41,930 nt of DNA, from sequence record SRR20825010_1537; one strand, given 5' to 3'. A program made the translations under genes and the position numbers. Position 1 is the first letter of the stretch. Every line of letters starts with the position of its first letter. The notes below the pieces were generated by a model. That model ran no database searches, was not told the DNA's origin, and saw only the letters and a program-made list of their open reading frames with translations. Positions 18,862-28,557 of the stretch are shown piece by piece.

Positions 18862-18943
18862 TCATTTTCAGTTTAAATTAAGGTTCGGTTCATCTATTTC
18901 TATAGTACTTAAACACTCAATTAATCAGATAAAAATTCACATC

Positions 18944-20167
18944 ATGTTGAAATCAATAAGTATACTTTTTTTAGCCATTGTTATGGCGGCCTGCGGTACT
19001 GCACCAGAAAAAAAGGTGATGATCATCTTAGTCGATGGCGTTCCTGCTGACGTGCTGGAAAGTGTAGAGACGCCAATTTTAGATCAAATTGCTGCTCAAG
19101 GTGGTTATACTCGCGCCTATCAAGGTGGAGGAAAAGGCGAATACACTCAAACGCCCACCATTTCGGCTCCAGGTTATATGAATATGATTACTGGAGTTTG
19201 GGGAAACAAACATAATGTTTGGGGTAATAGTGTAAGAAACCCAAACTATGACTATTGGAACATTTTCCGTACGGTTAAAACAGTTAATCCTGAAATGACC
19301 ACGGCTATTTTTTCAAGCTGGGAAGATAACAGAACCAAGTTGGTAGGAGAAGGACAAGCAGGTGCTGGCAACTTCATGTTCGATTATTCTTTTGATGGTT
19401 TTGAGTTAGATACAGTCGCTTTCCCACATACTTCCGACCGTAGCTTTATGTTCAATATTGACGAAAACGTTTCGAAAGGAACGGCTGATTATGTGCTTTC
19501 TGATGCGCCTAATTTGTCGTGGGTGTATTTAGAATTTACCGATGATATGGGCCACATGTATGGTGATAGCCCACAAATGATTGAAGCGGTAAAAGGGATG
19601 GATAACCAAGTGGGAAGAATTTGGGCTGCCATTCAGCAACGCGAAAAGGAATTCAACGAGGATTGGATGATTATCATTACAACGGATCACGGTAGAGGTG
19701 AAGAAACAGGAAAAGGTCACGGTGGACAGTCGGAGAGAGAACGTATTACTTGGATTGTTACAGATCAAAATAACTTGAATGAGCGGTTCGAAAATAACCC
19801 ACCCGTTGTTGATGTTGCTGCTAGTGCTTTAAGATTTTTGGATATAGAAGTACCTACTCAAATTAAGGAAGAGATGGATGGTGTTCCGTTCATTGGTAAG
19901 ATATCAGTAATGAATGCCAAAGCGAAGACAGAAGGAGGTGGGCTCACCTTGACTTGGGATGTAGCCGACAAATCTGGTGACATAGAGATTTATCAGTCTT
20001 CAACAAATAACTTTGCAAAAGGCGGAAAGGATGAATATTCCCTTTTAGGCAAGGCAAATGTGAAAGATGGTCAGTTTAAAACGGCTGTTACTTTTCCAAC
20101 AGGAACCACTAAGCTTTTATTAAAAGCGCCTCATAACTGGTTGAATGTTTGGGTATTTGTTGAATAA
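18944..20167 (+). CDS. Alkaline-phosphatase-superfamily (NPP/type I phosphodiesterase-like) lipoprotein
   Basis: Lipobox MAAC; metal and nucleophile motifs VDG, TPTISAPG, TDDMGH and TTDHG. Confidence 0.88.
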   Translation: MLKSISILFLAIVMAACGTAPEKKVMIILVDGVPADVLESVETPILDQIAAQGGYTRAYQGGGKGEYTQTPTISAPGYMNMITGVWGNKHNVWGNSVRNPNYDYWNIFRTVKTVNPEMTTAIFSSWEDNRTKLVGEGQAGAGNFMFDYSFDGFELDTVAFPHTSDRSFMFNIDENVSKGTADYVLSDAPNLSWVYLEFTDDMGHMYGDSPQMIEAVKGMDNQVGRIWAAIQQREKEFNEDWMIIITTDHGRGEETGKGHGGQSERERITWIVTDQNNLNERFENNPPVVDVAASALRFLDIEVPTQIKEEMDGVPFIGKISVMNAKAKTEGGGLTLTWDVADKSGDIEIYQSSTNNFAKGGKDEYSLLGKANVKDGQFKTAVTFPTGTTKLLLKAPHNWLNVWVFVE

Positions 20168-20174
20168 GTAAACG

Positions 20175-21092
20175 ATGAACAGACGGAATATTCTAAAAAC
20201 AATGGCTTTGGCTGGAACTGGAGCCTTAATGGGCAACAGTTTATCGCCACTTCAGCCAAAAGCGAAAAGAGTTTTACGCCTTGCCCACCTTACCGATGTG
20301 CATTTGCGCGATGCAAATAATGCCCCTGAGAAATTCACAAAGTGCTTGCACGTAATGCAGTCGTTGAAAGACAAACCCGACATGATTTTTAATGGCGGAG
20401 ACACTATTTTTGATGCTTTGGGTACCGATAAAACAAGTGTAGAAAACCAATGGCAACTTTGGGACAAAGTAATTAAGGCCGAAAATGATTTACCGATTGT
20501 CAATTGCATTGGTAACCATGATGTTTGGGGCGCTGGTGAAAAAACCGATCCGCTTTATGGCAAAAAGTATGCATTAGATAAAATGGGCTTGGACAAGCCA
20601 TATCATTCTTTCGAAAAGGCAGGCTGGAAATTTATTGTTCTAGATAGTACGCATCCTGTAGGAGAGGGCTGGTACACAGCTAAACTGGATGACGAACAAT
20701 TCGATTGGTTCGAAAAGGAATTGCAGAGAACTGCTTCAACAACTCCAGTCATGATTATGTCGCATATTCCTATTCTTACCGCTACTGGCTTTTATGAAGG
20801 CAACGAGAAAAATGGAAATTGGATGGTGCCAGGCGGATGGATGCACATTGACTTCAATAGAATTAAGAAACTGTTTCTGCAACATCCCAATGTGAAACTT
20901 TGTGTGAGTGGCCATATGCATTTGCTCGATAAGGTAGAATATAATGGAGTAACCTATTGCTGCAACGGTGCGGTAAGTGGAGGCTGGTGGGGAAACGAAA
21001 TGTACTATGAAACCCAAGCAGGTTTTGCCACTATCGATTTATATGAAGATGGAGCATTTGATGTACAATACCATACTTACAGCTGGAGTTAA
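20175..21092 (+). CDS. Tat-exported calcineurin-like metallophosphoesterase (Icc/CpdA-like)
   Basis: NRRNILK Tat motif; TDVH, GGD..FD, GNHD, SHIP and GHMH motifs; starts 7 nt after the previous gene. Confidence 0.9.
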   Translation: MNRRNILKTMALAGTGALMGNSLSPLQPKAKRVLRLAHLTDVHLRDANNAPEKFTKCLHVMQSLKDKPDMIFNGGDTIFDALGTDKTSVENQWQLWDKVIKAENDLPIVNCIGNHDVWGAGEKTDPLYGKKYALDKMGLDKPYHSFEKAGWKFIVLDSTHPVGEGWYTAKLDDEQFDWFEKELQRTASTTPVMIMSHIPILTATGFYEGNEKNGNWMVPGGWMHIDFNRIKKLFLQHPNVKLCVSGHMHLLDKVEYNGVTYCCNGAVSGGWWGNEMYYETQAGFATIDLYEDGAFDVQYHTYSWS

Positions 21093-21200
21093 GAGAGATT
21101 AACCAGAAATTAAGCTTTGTGGGTGAAACTGTTAAGTGCTTCTATATCCAAGCTTTTTTAGGGACTATTGCAATGGCTAGCCCTCAATAGATCGGTTTAT

Positions 21201-21509
21201 ATGATTTCCAATACTCTAATAAGTTACAGTGTTCAAGCCTTAGGTTGGTTGGGCACTGTACTTTTTATTATCAGTTACATTCAGCTCAATCGTGGTGTTT
21301 GGACACTTCGGGATACGAAATTTCACGTTTACAATATTCTAGGAAGTCTGTTTTTAGTGATTGATACCGTTTACGATTTTTCCTATGCTGCGGCTGCGGC
21401 CAATTTTTTTTGGGGAATTGTGGCTTTCTACGGTTTGATTAAGTTTAGAAATCAAGGAAAAAGCTCTAGTGAAGAATTAATAGAAAGCAAAAAGCCCAAC
21501 CTCATTTGA
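21201..21509 (+). CDS. Small 3-TM membrane protein (CBU_0592-like)
   Basis: 'LGWLGTVLFIISY...FHVYNILGS...ANFFWGIVA' pattern. ATG 21201 preferred over the upstream TTG. Confidence 0.7.
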   Translation: MISNTLISYSVQALGWLGTVLFIISYIQLNRGVWTLRDTKFHVYNILGSLFLVIDTVYDFSYAAAAANFFWGIVAFYGLIKFRNQGKSSSEELIESKKPNLI

Positions 21510-21519
21510 AGTTGGGCTT
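21492..21519. terminator. Terminator between convergent genes
   Basis: AAGCCCAAC...GTTGGGCTT inverted repeat with a T run on the minus strand. Confidence 0.7.
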
Positions 21520-21540
21520 ATATTTTTCTATTTCTAATTT

Positions 21541-23661
21541 CTACCCAAAAACCATTTGATCCTTTACGAAAGGAATTTTGTAAAGTCTGTTTCCAGTAGC
21601 TTTAGCCATGGCATTGGCCAATGCACCGCCTGCTGGTGGTAAAGAAGGTTCTCCTAAACCAGTAGGGTCGTTTAAGCTTTCTACGAAATGAACGTCTACG
21701 GTTGGCGCTTCTTTGGTTCTTATCAAACGATAATTATTGAAGTTGGAAGCCTGTGGGGTTCCGTTGATGAAGGAGAAATCGCCATACAGCGCATGTCCCA
21801 TTCCGTCTACTACACCACCCTGAATTTGATTAATGGCAGCATCAGGGTTGACTACAATTCCGCAATCTACAGCAACCGTTACATTTTTCACGATTGGATT
21901 GCCATCCTTCATAATTACATCAGCAACTTCGGCCACATAGGTGTTGTGTGAATAATATGCACTAAAGCCTTTGCTTACACCGCTTTCGGCTTTGCCCCAA
22001 TTCCCTTTTTCGGCAGCGAGCTTAATTACCCCAATCATTTTTGCTGGTTCGTAATCAATTTCGCCAACAGGGTTGTTTTTAGCACGTTCAAGAATATCTA
22101 GTCTTAGTTGAACCGCATCTTGCCCCATTTCAGCTGCTAATTCATCGAAGAAACATTGTTCTGCTACGGCCAAGAAATTGGTAATGGGAGCTCTCCATGC
22201 ACCCGTAGTGATATTACTATCCACATAACTTGATTCGATCAAGTAGTTTTCAATCCCACCTGCTGGAAACCAATCTGATCGAACCCAATTGTTGCGTCCC
22301 ATTCCTGCTCCTGATAAATGATAGCCAGTAAGCTTTCCGTCTTTAATGGCCGCTCTGAATTTATATTTAGATGCCGGGCGGTAAGTACCTGCTGTCATAT
22401 CATCTTCTCTAGAGAAAATCACTTGAACAGCTTTGTTGGCTTTTTGAGAAATTTGAGCGGCTTCTAAGGCAAAGTCTCCATAAAGTCTTCGTCCAAAACC
22501 ACCACCCATTCGGGTCATTTCTAAGGTAATATCATCAGGACTTTTTTCAAGAAGTCGAGCAATTTGCCCACGTGTTCCTGCTGGCGTTTGAATTGGCCCT
22601 ACCAATTTTACTTTGTCGCCTGTAGCATCGGCAAAGAAATTCATTGGCTCCATTGTATTGTGCGGTAAAAAAGGAGCCTCATATGTTTTTTCAAACACTT
22701 TGTCTGCTGAAGCTATTGCTTTTAAGGCATCGCCATCACTTCGACTTGGTCTTTCAGCTCTTTTGTTCAGTAGCTTGTTCATTTCACTATCGTGGTAAGG
22801 AGTGTCTTCAAGTCTTCCGCTCAAGTCCCAATCAGCTACTAAGGCTTTTTTGCCTTTCATGGCTGCCCAAGTGTTATTACCCAATACAGCCACTTTATCT
22901 CCAAATTGGATTACGTCATTTACACCGCTTACTTGTCTAGCTTCTGTGTCATCAAAGGATTTTAGTTTAGCGCCAAAAGCAGGAGGTCTAAGGACAACAG
23001 CGTACTGCATTCCTTCTTGTTTATAATCAATTCCGAAAACTGGCTTACCAGTAATGATTTCATTCAAATCAACATTCTTTTGACTCTTGCCAATGATGGT
23101 GAAGTCTTTCGGGTCTTTTAAGGTAATCTCTTCAGGAATTTCTATACCTACAGCTTTTGAGGCCAATTCACCATAACTCAATTTTTTGCTGCCGTTAAGT
23201 ACAAAACCACCTTTGGTGGTAAGACTGTTGGCATCAACTGCCCATTCTTTGGCGGCTGTTTCGATCATCAATCTTCGGGCTGTGGCTCCAGCCATTCGCA
23301 TGCTTTTCCAGCTTGCTCGTATGGACTGGCTTCCACCTGCTACTTGACGAGGGAAAGCATTGTCCAGCGGTGCTTGTTTAACGATTACATCTTTCCAGTC
23401 CACATCTAGTTCTTCTGCCACAAGCATTGGCATCGATGTTTTTACATTCTGCCCAATTTCTGGGTTTGGCGACATAATAGTGATTTCACCATTGTCGGCT
23501 ATGGTCAGATAAGCGTTGATATCGAACCAAGCCGAAGCAGGGTCTTTGACTTCTGCCGAAGGCGAACAAGCCCAGTTGAAACCGATCATTAATCCTCCTC
23601 CAGCAAGAGCAGAAGTTTTTAGGAATGATCTCCTGTCTACTTTTGTTTTTATAACTGTCAT
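21541..23661 (-). CDS. Xanthine-dehydrogenase-family molybdopterin-binding subunit (isoquinoline 1-oxidoreductase beta-like), Tat-exported
   Basis: DRRSFLK Tat signal; EIGQ, HNTMEP, GGGFGRR, WRAP and GLGEP motifs. Confidence 0.92.
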   Translation of the reverse strand: MTVIKTKVDRRSFLKTSALAGGGLMIGFNWACSPSAEVKDPASAWFDINAYLTIADNGEITIMSPNPEIGQNVKTSMPMLVAEELDVDWKDVIVKQAPLDNAFPRQVAGGSQSIRASWKSMRMAGATARRLMIETAAKEWAVDANSLTTKGGFVLNGSKKLSYGELASKAVGIEIPEEITLKDPKDFTIIGKSQKNVDLNEIITGKPVFGIDYKQEGMQYAVVLRPPAFGAKLKSFDDTEARQVSGVNDVIQFGDKVAVLGNNTWAAMKGKKALVADWDLSGRLEDTPYHDSEMNKLLNKRAERPSRSDGDALKAIASADKVFEKTYEAPFLPHNTMEPMNFFADATGDKVKLVGPIQTPAGTRGQIARLLEKSPDDITLEMTRMGGGFGRRLYGDFALEAAQISQKANKAVQVIFSREDDMTAGTYRPASKYKFRAAIKDGKLTGYHLSGAGMGRNNWVRSDWFPAGGIENYLIESSYVDSNITTGAWRAPITNFLAVAEQCFFDELAAEMGQDAVQLRLDILERAKNNPVGEIDYEPAKMIGVIKLAAEKGNWGKAESGVSKGFSAYYSHNTYVAEVADVIMKDGNPIVKNVTVAVDCGIVVNPDAAINQIQGGVVDGMGHALYGDFSFINGTPQASNFNNYRLIRTKEAPTVDVHFVESLNDPTGLGEPSLPPAGGALANAMAKATGNRLYKIPFVKDQMVFG

Positions 23662-23678
23662 TTTTCTTGGTTTGGAGG

Positions 23679-24137
23679 TTATAGATTGGTTGCTGCTGTA
23701 GAAATAGCGGCTTTAATTTTATTGTATGTACCACAACGGCAAAGATTTCCGTTCATAGCTGTTTCAATTTCATCCATTGAAGGTGAACTGTTGCGCTGAA
23801 GCAAGGCGGCTGCATTCATAATTTGGCCTGCCTGGCAATAGCCACACTGAGGCACATCGTGTTCTACCCAAGCTTTTTGTAAGACATGATCAGCTTTTTC
23901 AGAAAGACCTTCAATGGTGGTGATTTTAGCTTCTGATACCGCTGAAACTGGAATTGAGCAAGAACGAACAGCATTACCGTCCATATGAATGGTGCAGGCG
24001 CCACATTGTGCAATTCCGCAACCAAACTTGGTGCCTTTAAGGTCTAGCTGGTCTCGCAAAACCCATAGCATAGGGGTGTCTGCGTCAGCCTCAACGGTTT
24101 GTTGCTTGCCATTGATTGTAAGTTGGTAAGTTGCCAT
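23679..24137 (-). CDS. (2Fe-2S)-binding small subunit (IorA/CoxS-like)
   Basis: [11 protein letters not shown]...SC and QCGYCQ...CRC cluster motifs. Confidence 0.95.
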   Translation of the reverse strand: MATYQLTINGKQQTVEADADTPMLWVLRDQLDLKGTKFGCGIAQCGACTIHMDGNAVRSCSIPVSAVSEAKITTIEGLSEKADHVLQKAWVEHDVPQCGYCQAGQIMNAAALLQRNSSPSMDEIETAMNGNLCRCGTYNKIKAAISTAATNL

Positions 24138-24408
24138 AACGGATGATTTTGAGTGGTTTGAATGGATGAATATATGATTTCTGAGGTCAAAATCATAGTT
24201 AAAATTAGTGAATGGCCGTATTCAGATTTTTTGAAGTAGGTGGGTTATGTTTTTTTCTACGACCTTGTGGCTGATAATTCCTTTTTGTACAGAATAGGGG
24301 TTAGTTTTGTACTGAAATTAAATATGATAGAATATGTGATTCGCGAATGCGATTATCGGATTTATACCGTTACGTTTTTAGAGCGTTTTCACCTAATAAT
24401 TACAAAAA

Positions 24409-25026
24409 ATGAAATACAGAATTTTAACCATGTTGGTGCTGGTGGTTGCACTAATGATAACCACTTCACCTCAATCTTTCGGGCAAGAACAGGGGCAAGA
24501 ACAAGTAGCGTCAGCTAAAAATGACTTGAGAAGCCAATGGGCCGAATTGATTCAATCTTCAGGAACCTATTTGGATAAGAAAATTATCAGAATCACGAGC
24601 TTAAGCGAATACAGAAGTGCTTTAGGTGATAGCTTGACCAGTTATACGAATAGTATAGAAAACTTGAAAAGTGAGAAGAGTAAAGCTGAACTTGAGACCA
24701 ATGCATTAAAATTGGAATTAGAGACTGTAAAAGCAGAATTGGAGGCCAGTGAAAAGCTAAATGATAATATGTCATTCTTTGGTATTCTTCTCAGCAAGTC
24801 GGCTTACAGTATTATAGTCTGGTCGATTGTAGTGCTTTTGGTAGTAGTAATATTATTCATGTTTGCTCGTATGAAAAAAGTGTCTCAATCTGCCAAGCGA
24901 ATTAAAGGTTCCTTTACCCAAGTGAGTGAAGAGTTTAGAGCACATCAGTTTGAAGCGAAAGAGAATCAAATTAAGATAAAGCGTGAACTTCAAACTGCTT
25001 TGAATAAATTAGAATTGAATAGATAA
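24409..25026 (+). CDS. Hypothetical exported coiled-coil protein with a C-proximal TM helix
   Basis: Signal peptide, heptad-rich segment, TM 'IIVWSIVVLLVVVILFMF' and a second, cytoplasmic coiled coil. Confidence 0.8.
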   Translation: MKYRILTMLVLVVALMITTSPQSFGQEQGQEQVASAKNDLRSQWAELIQSSGTYLDKKIIRITSLSEYRSALGDSLTSYTNSIENLKSEKSKAELETNALKLELETVKAELEASEKLNDNMSFFGILLSKSAYSIIVWSIVVLLVVVILFMFARMKKVSQSAKRIKGSFTQVSEEFRAHQFEAKENQIKIKRELQTALNKLELNR

Positions 25027-25091
25027 TTCGGCAGAAGAACCATCACTGTCAAATTTTATATACCTCACGAAAACTCTCGTTTAAGAATAAG

Positions 25092-25120
25092 AAAGGCTGC
25101 CTCATATGAGGCAGCCTTTT
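25092..25120. terminator. Bidirectional terminator
   Basis: Perfect 28-bp palindrome AAAGGCTGCCTCAT/ATGAGGCAGCCTTT between convergent genes. Confidence 0.85.
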
Positions 25121-25144
25121 CTGTTCGTTGATTTTGTTTTTCAA

Positions 25145-26758
25145 TTATGCGTTAGTACTCACTTTAGGAGCACCTGCTAGAATTTCATCGCTAGCATTAG
25201 CTTTGAATTTCTCAAAATTCTCATTGAATTTAACGGCCAATTTATTTGCTTCTGCATCGTAAGCCGCCTTGTCTGCCCAAGTGTTTTTAGGACTCAATAT
25301 TTCTGTAGGTACATTAGGGCACTCATTTGGCATTGCCAAACCGAATACATTATGAGTTGTATACTCTACATTCTCAAGCTTTCCTTCAAGCGCAGCAGTA
25401 ATCATAGCTCTTGTAAACTTTAGTTTCATTCGGCTACCAGTACCATAAGCACCACCAGACCAACCTGTGTTTACCAACCATACGTTTACGCCAGCAGCTT
25501 CCATTTTTTGACCGAGCATTTCAGCATACTTAGTTGGGTGTAAAGGCATAAAAGGAGCTCCGAAACATGCAGAGAAAGCCGAAACTGGCTCAGTAATTCC
25601 TGCCTCTGTTCCAGCCACTTTTGCAGTGTAACCAGAAATGAAGTGGAACATCGCTTGTCCTGGAGTCAACTTAGAGATTGGAGGCAAAACACCTGAAGCA
25701 TCACAAGTAAGGAAGAAAATATTCTTAGGGTTAGCGCCAACAGAAGATTCCTGAATGTTATCGATATGATAAATTGGGTAAGAAACTCTAGTGTTTTCTG
25801 TGATCTTTCCGCTAGTGTAATCAGGCTCATTAGTACCTTCTTTGAAAGTAATATTCTCTAATAGAGCGCCTGGCTTAATTGCGTTCCAAATGTCTGGTTC
25901 TTTTTCTTCAGAAAGGTCAATTACTTTAGCGTAACAGCCACCTTCGAAGTTGAACACAGTATTTTCGCTTGTCCAACCATGCTCATCGTCACCGATAAGT
26001 TTTCTGTTTGGATCAGCAGAAAGGGTAGTTTTACCTGTTCCTGAAAGACCGAAGAAAATTGCAGTATCTCCATCTTCACCTACGTTAGCAGAGCAATGCA
26101 TTGCTAAAGTGTCTTTTTGGTGAGGAAGAATAAAGTTCAATGCTGAGAAAATGCCTTTTTTCATTTCACCGGTATATCCAGTTCCACCTACCAAAGCGAT
26201 TTTCCTTTTAAAGTTCAAGATTGCAAAGTTGTGCTGTCTTGTGCCGTCTCTTTCTGGAACAGCCTTAAAGCCTGGTGCGCACATTACTGTCCATTCTGGA
26301 GAAAAGTCTTTTATTTCTTCTTCAGAAGGGCGCAAGAACATATTAAAGCAGAATAGGTTAGACGAAGGGTATTCCGTCACTACTCTTACATTAGTTCTGT
26401 ATTTTGGATCTGCACAAACGTAAGAATCGCGTGCATAAATTTCTTTTCCAGAAAGGTAATCTGTTACTCGATCATAAAGCGCATCGAATTTAGCTGGTTC
26501 AAAGGGGATGTTGATATTTCCCCACCAAACTGAATCTTCGGTGATTTCATCTTTAACGATAAACCTGTCTTTTGGCGAACGGCCAGTAAATTCGCCTGTG
26601 TTTACGTTTATGGCCCCAGTACTGGTTTCTTGGGCCATTCCTTTTTCCACAGAAATTTTTGCCAGTTCATCTGACGATAGGTTCCAATGTACAATGGCAT
26701 CTTTGATGCCCAATTCTTTCACACTCGCTTTGTTGGATTTAAGCCCGTTTTCTTGCAT
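25145..26758 (-). CDS. pckA: Phosphoenolpyruvate carboxykinase (ATP)
   Basis: TGRSPKD, YTGEMKK, GLSGTGKTT, LIGDDEHGW and NFEGGCYAK motifs. ATG 26758 preferred; TATTTTTG -7 box at 26813-26820. Confidence 0.97.
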   Translation of the reverse strand: MQENGLKSNKASVKELGIKDAIVHWNLSSDELAKISVEKGMAQETSTGAINVNTGEFTGRSPKDRFIVKDEITEDSVWWGNINIPFEPAKFDALYDRVTDYLSGKEIYARDSYVCADPKYRTNVRVVTEYPSSNLFCFNMFLRPSEEEIKDFSPEWTVMCAPGFKAVPERDGTRQHNFAILNFKRKIALVGGTGYTGEMKKGIFSALNFILPHQKDTLAMHCSANVGEDGDTAIFFGLSGTGKTTLSADPNRKLIGDDEHGWTSENTVFNFEGGCYAKVIDLSEEKEPDIWNAIKPGALLENITFKEGTNEPDYTSGKITENTRVSYPIYHIDNIQESSVGANPKNIFFLTCDASGVLPPISKLTPGQAMFHFISGYTAKVAGTEAGITEPVSAFSACFGAPFMPLHPTKYAEMLGQKMEAAGVNVWLVNTGWSGGAYGTGSRMKLKFTRAMITAALEGKLENVEYTTHNVFGLAMPNECPNVPTEILSPKNTWADKAAYDAEANKLAVKFNENFEKFKANASDEILAGAPKVSTNA

Positions 26759-26980
26759 TTTCTTAGTTTTTAATACTCTGTTTTGCAAACGATTGCAGTT
26801 TGTTTAGGGGTGCAAAAATAGGGAAAAAAACTTTCGATTAGAATTCAAGGCGTTAATTATAAAAACACTCTTATAAATGGTTGAAAAACTCTGTTCGGTG
26901 GTCATTAACATAAACACATTTGTAAATACCCTTTAACAGTATTAGTTTTATCGGTATTGAACTAAACAAAATCGGAATCT

Positions 26981-28510
26981 ATGCTGGATAAAGGAACTAT
27001 TGAAGGTCCACAGATGATGGGTCACCCCAAAGGTCTGTTCTATCTTTTTTTCGCTGAACTTTGGGAAAGGTTTAGCTTTTATGGAATGAGGGCTTTGTTG
27101 ACCCTGTACATGGTCAACGAAATTTTTGAAGCCCTAACCTCACGAGATTTAGCCTCGGCTGCGGTTTATGCTTCTTATGGGTCCTTGGTATACGCTTCTA
27201 CGGTTGTAGGAGGAAGAGTCTCTGATACGCTTTTAGGTTTCAGAAAATCAATTATTCTTGGCGGTATACTGATGTCGCTTGGCCACTTTGTGCTTGCGGT
27301 TGAAAATGAATACACTTTTTATTTAGCGCTTGCTTTAATTGTTGTTGGTAATGGTTTCTTCAAACCTAATATTTCAACTTTTGTGGGTGCTCTATATAAG
27401 GATGGCGACACCAGAAAGGATTCTGGGTTCACTATTTTTTATATGGGGATTAATATTGGAGGCTTTGCTGCTCCACTTCTTTGTGGATGGTTGGGCCGTG
27501 AATATGGCTGGCACTATGGTTTTGGCCTTGCCGGAATTGGTATGCTAGCTGGACTTTTAGTTTTCTGGAACGGAATAAAGAAGGGGGTTTTCTTAGATAA
27601 AGGATTGCCGCCAAGTGAAGAGAGGCTTGAATCGAGAATTTTAGGTATAAAGAAAAAGACCTTTGTGCCGATTTTGGCGTTTTTAGCTGCACCTGTAATT
27701 GCAATGATGTTAGCTTCTTATGGAGCAATTGGTGGCGGAGCTACTTTTTTAGGGGATCAAAATATTGTTACACTTATTTTTAAATTGTTAGGTGTCGGTA
27801 TTCTTATTTATATGGCCGTGATCATGTATCAGGCAACTGCTTCTGAAAGAAAGAAATTAGCAGTGGCTTTATTGATTACGGTATTCATGAGTATTTTCTG
27901 GGGTTTTCATGAGCTATCAGGATCTGTAATTACGCTTTTTGCCAGCAGAAACGTGAACCTTTGGTTGATAGATGCAGCACAAACCAATGCGTTGAACTCG
28001 ATGTGGATTATCATTCTCTCCATTCCAATATCATTGTTATGGGGCTTCTTGGCTAAGAAGAAATTGAATCCACGAACTCCGTATAAATTTGCACTTGGGT
28101 TATCTTTAGCAGCTGTTAGTTTCTTTATACTTTCTTTAAGTGGAAATGCAGCAGATTCTGAAGGTATGGTGCCGTTTTTCTACTTGATGGTAATGTATTT
28201 CTTGATTTCCGTAGGAGAGTTATTTATGTCGCCTGTTGGATTATCTAAAATCACAGATTTATCACCACAGCGAATTGTAGCCTTTATGATGGGCGTTTGG
28301 TTCCTTTCTTCAGCTTACGCTTTCCAAATTGTTGGGTTTATAGGTAAGCAACTTGCCGTTGAAAGTACGGATGCCAATGTTGGAGGATTTGATTCACTTG
28401 GGATATATATGGGTGGATTTGAATTGATTGCTAAGTATGCTTTCGGAGCAGCAATTATCGTGTTCCTACTTGGTCCAATATTGAAAAGGTGGATGCAGAA
28501 TGTCCACTAA
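26981..28510 (+). CDS. POT/PTR family proton-dependent oligopeptide transporter
   Basis: ELWERFSFYGM, GNGFFKPN, FYMGINIG and GELFMSP motifs. Confidence 0.95.
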   Translation: MLDKGTIEGPQMMGHPKGLFYLFFAELWERFSFYGMRALLTLYMVNEIFEALTSRDLASAAVYASYGSLVYASTVVGGRVSDTLLGFRKSIILGGILMSLGHFVLAVENEYTFYLALALIVVGNGFFKPNISTFVGALYKDGDTRKDSGFTIFYMGINIGGFAAPLLCGWLGREYGWHYGFGLAGIGMLAGLLVFWNGIKKGVFLDKGLPPSEERLESRILGIKKKTFVPILAFLAAPVIAMMLASYGAIGGGATFLGDQNIVTLIFKLLGVGILIYMAVIMYQATASERKKLAVALLITVFMSIFWGFHELSGSVITLFASRNVNLWLIDAAQTNALNSMWIIILSIPISLLWGFLAKKKLNPRTPYKFALGLSLAAVSFFILSLSGNAADSEGMVPFFYLMVMYFLISVGELFMSPVGLSKITDLSPQRIVAFMMGVWFLSSAYAFQIVGFIGKQLAVESTDANVGGFDSLGIYMGGFELIAKYAFGAAIIVFLLGPILKRWMQNVH

Positions 28511-28532
28511 CTATTTATTGAAATGAAAGTAG

Positions 28533-28557
28533 AAGCCGCTCAAAGAGCGGCTTTTTT
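28533..28557. terminator. Bidirectional terminator
   Basis: AAGCCGCTC-AAA-GAGCGGCTT followed by a T run abutting the fabH stop codon. Confidence 0.8.

Noticed and set aside
24240-24518. 92-aa ORF overlapping the start of the coiled-coil gene
   Set aside because: It has a GTG start in a divergent promoter region, an out-of-frame overlap and no motifs.
25092-25119. Perfect 28-bp palindrome as a mobile-element end or operator
   Set aside because: Its position between convergent genes with A/T flanks is fully explained by a bidirectional terminator.
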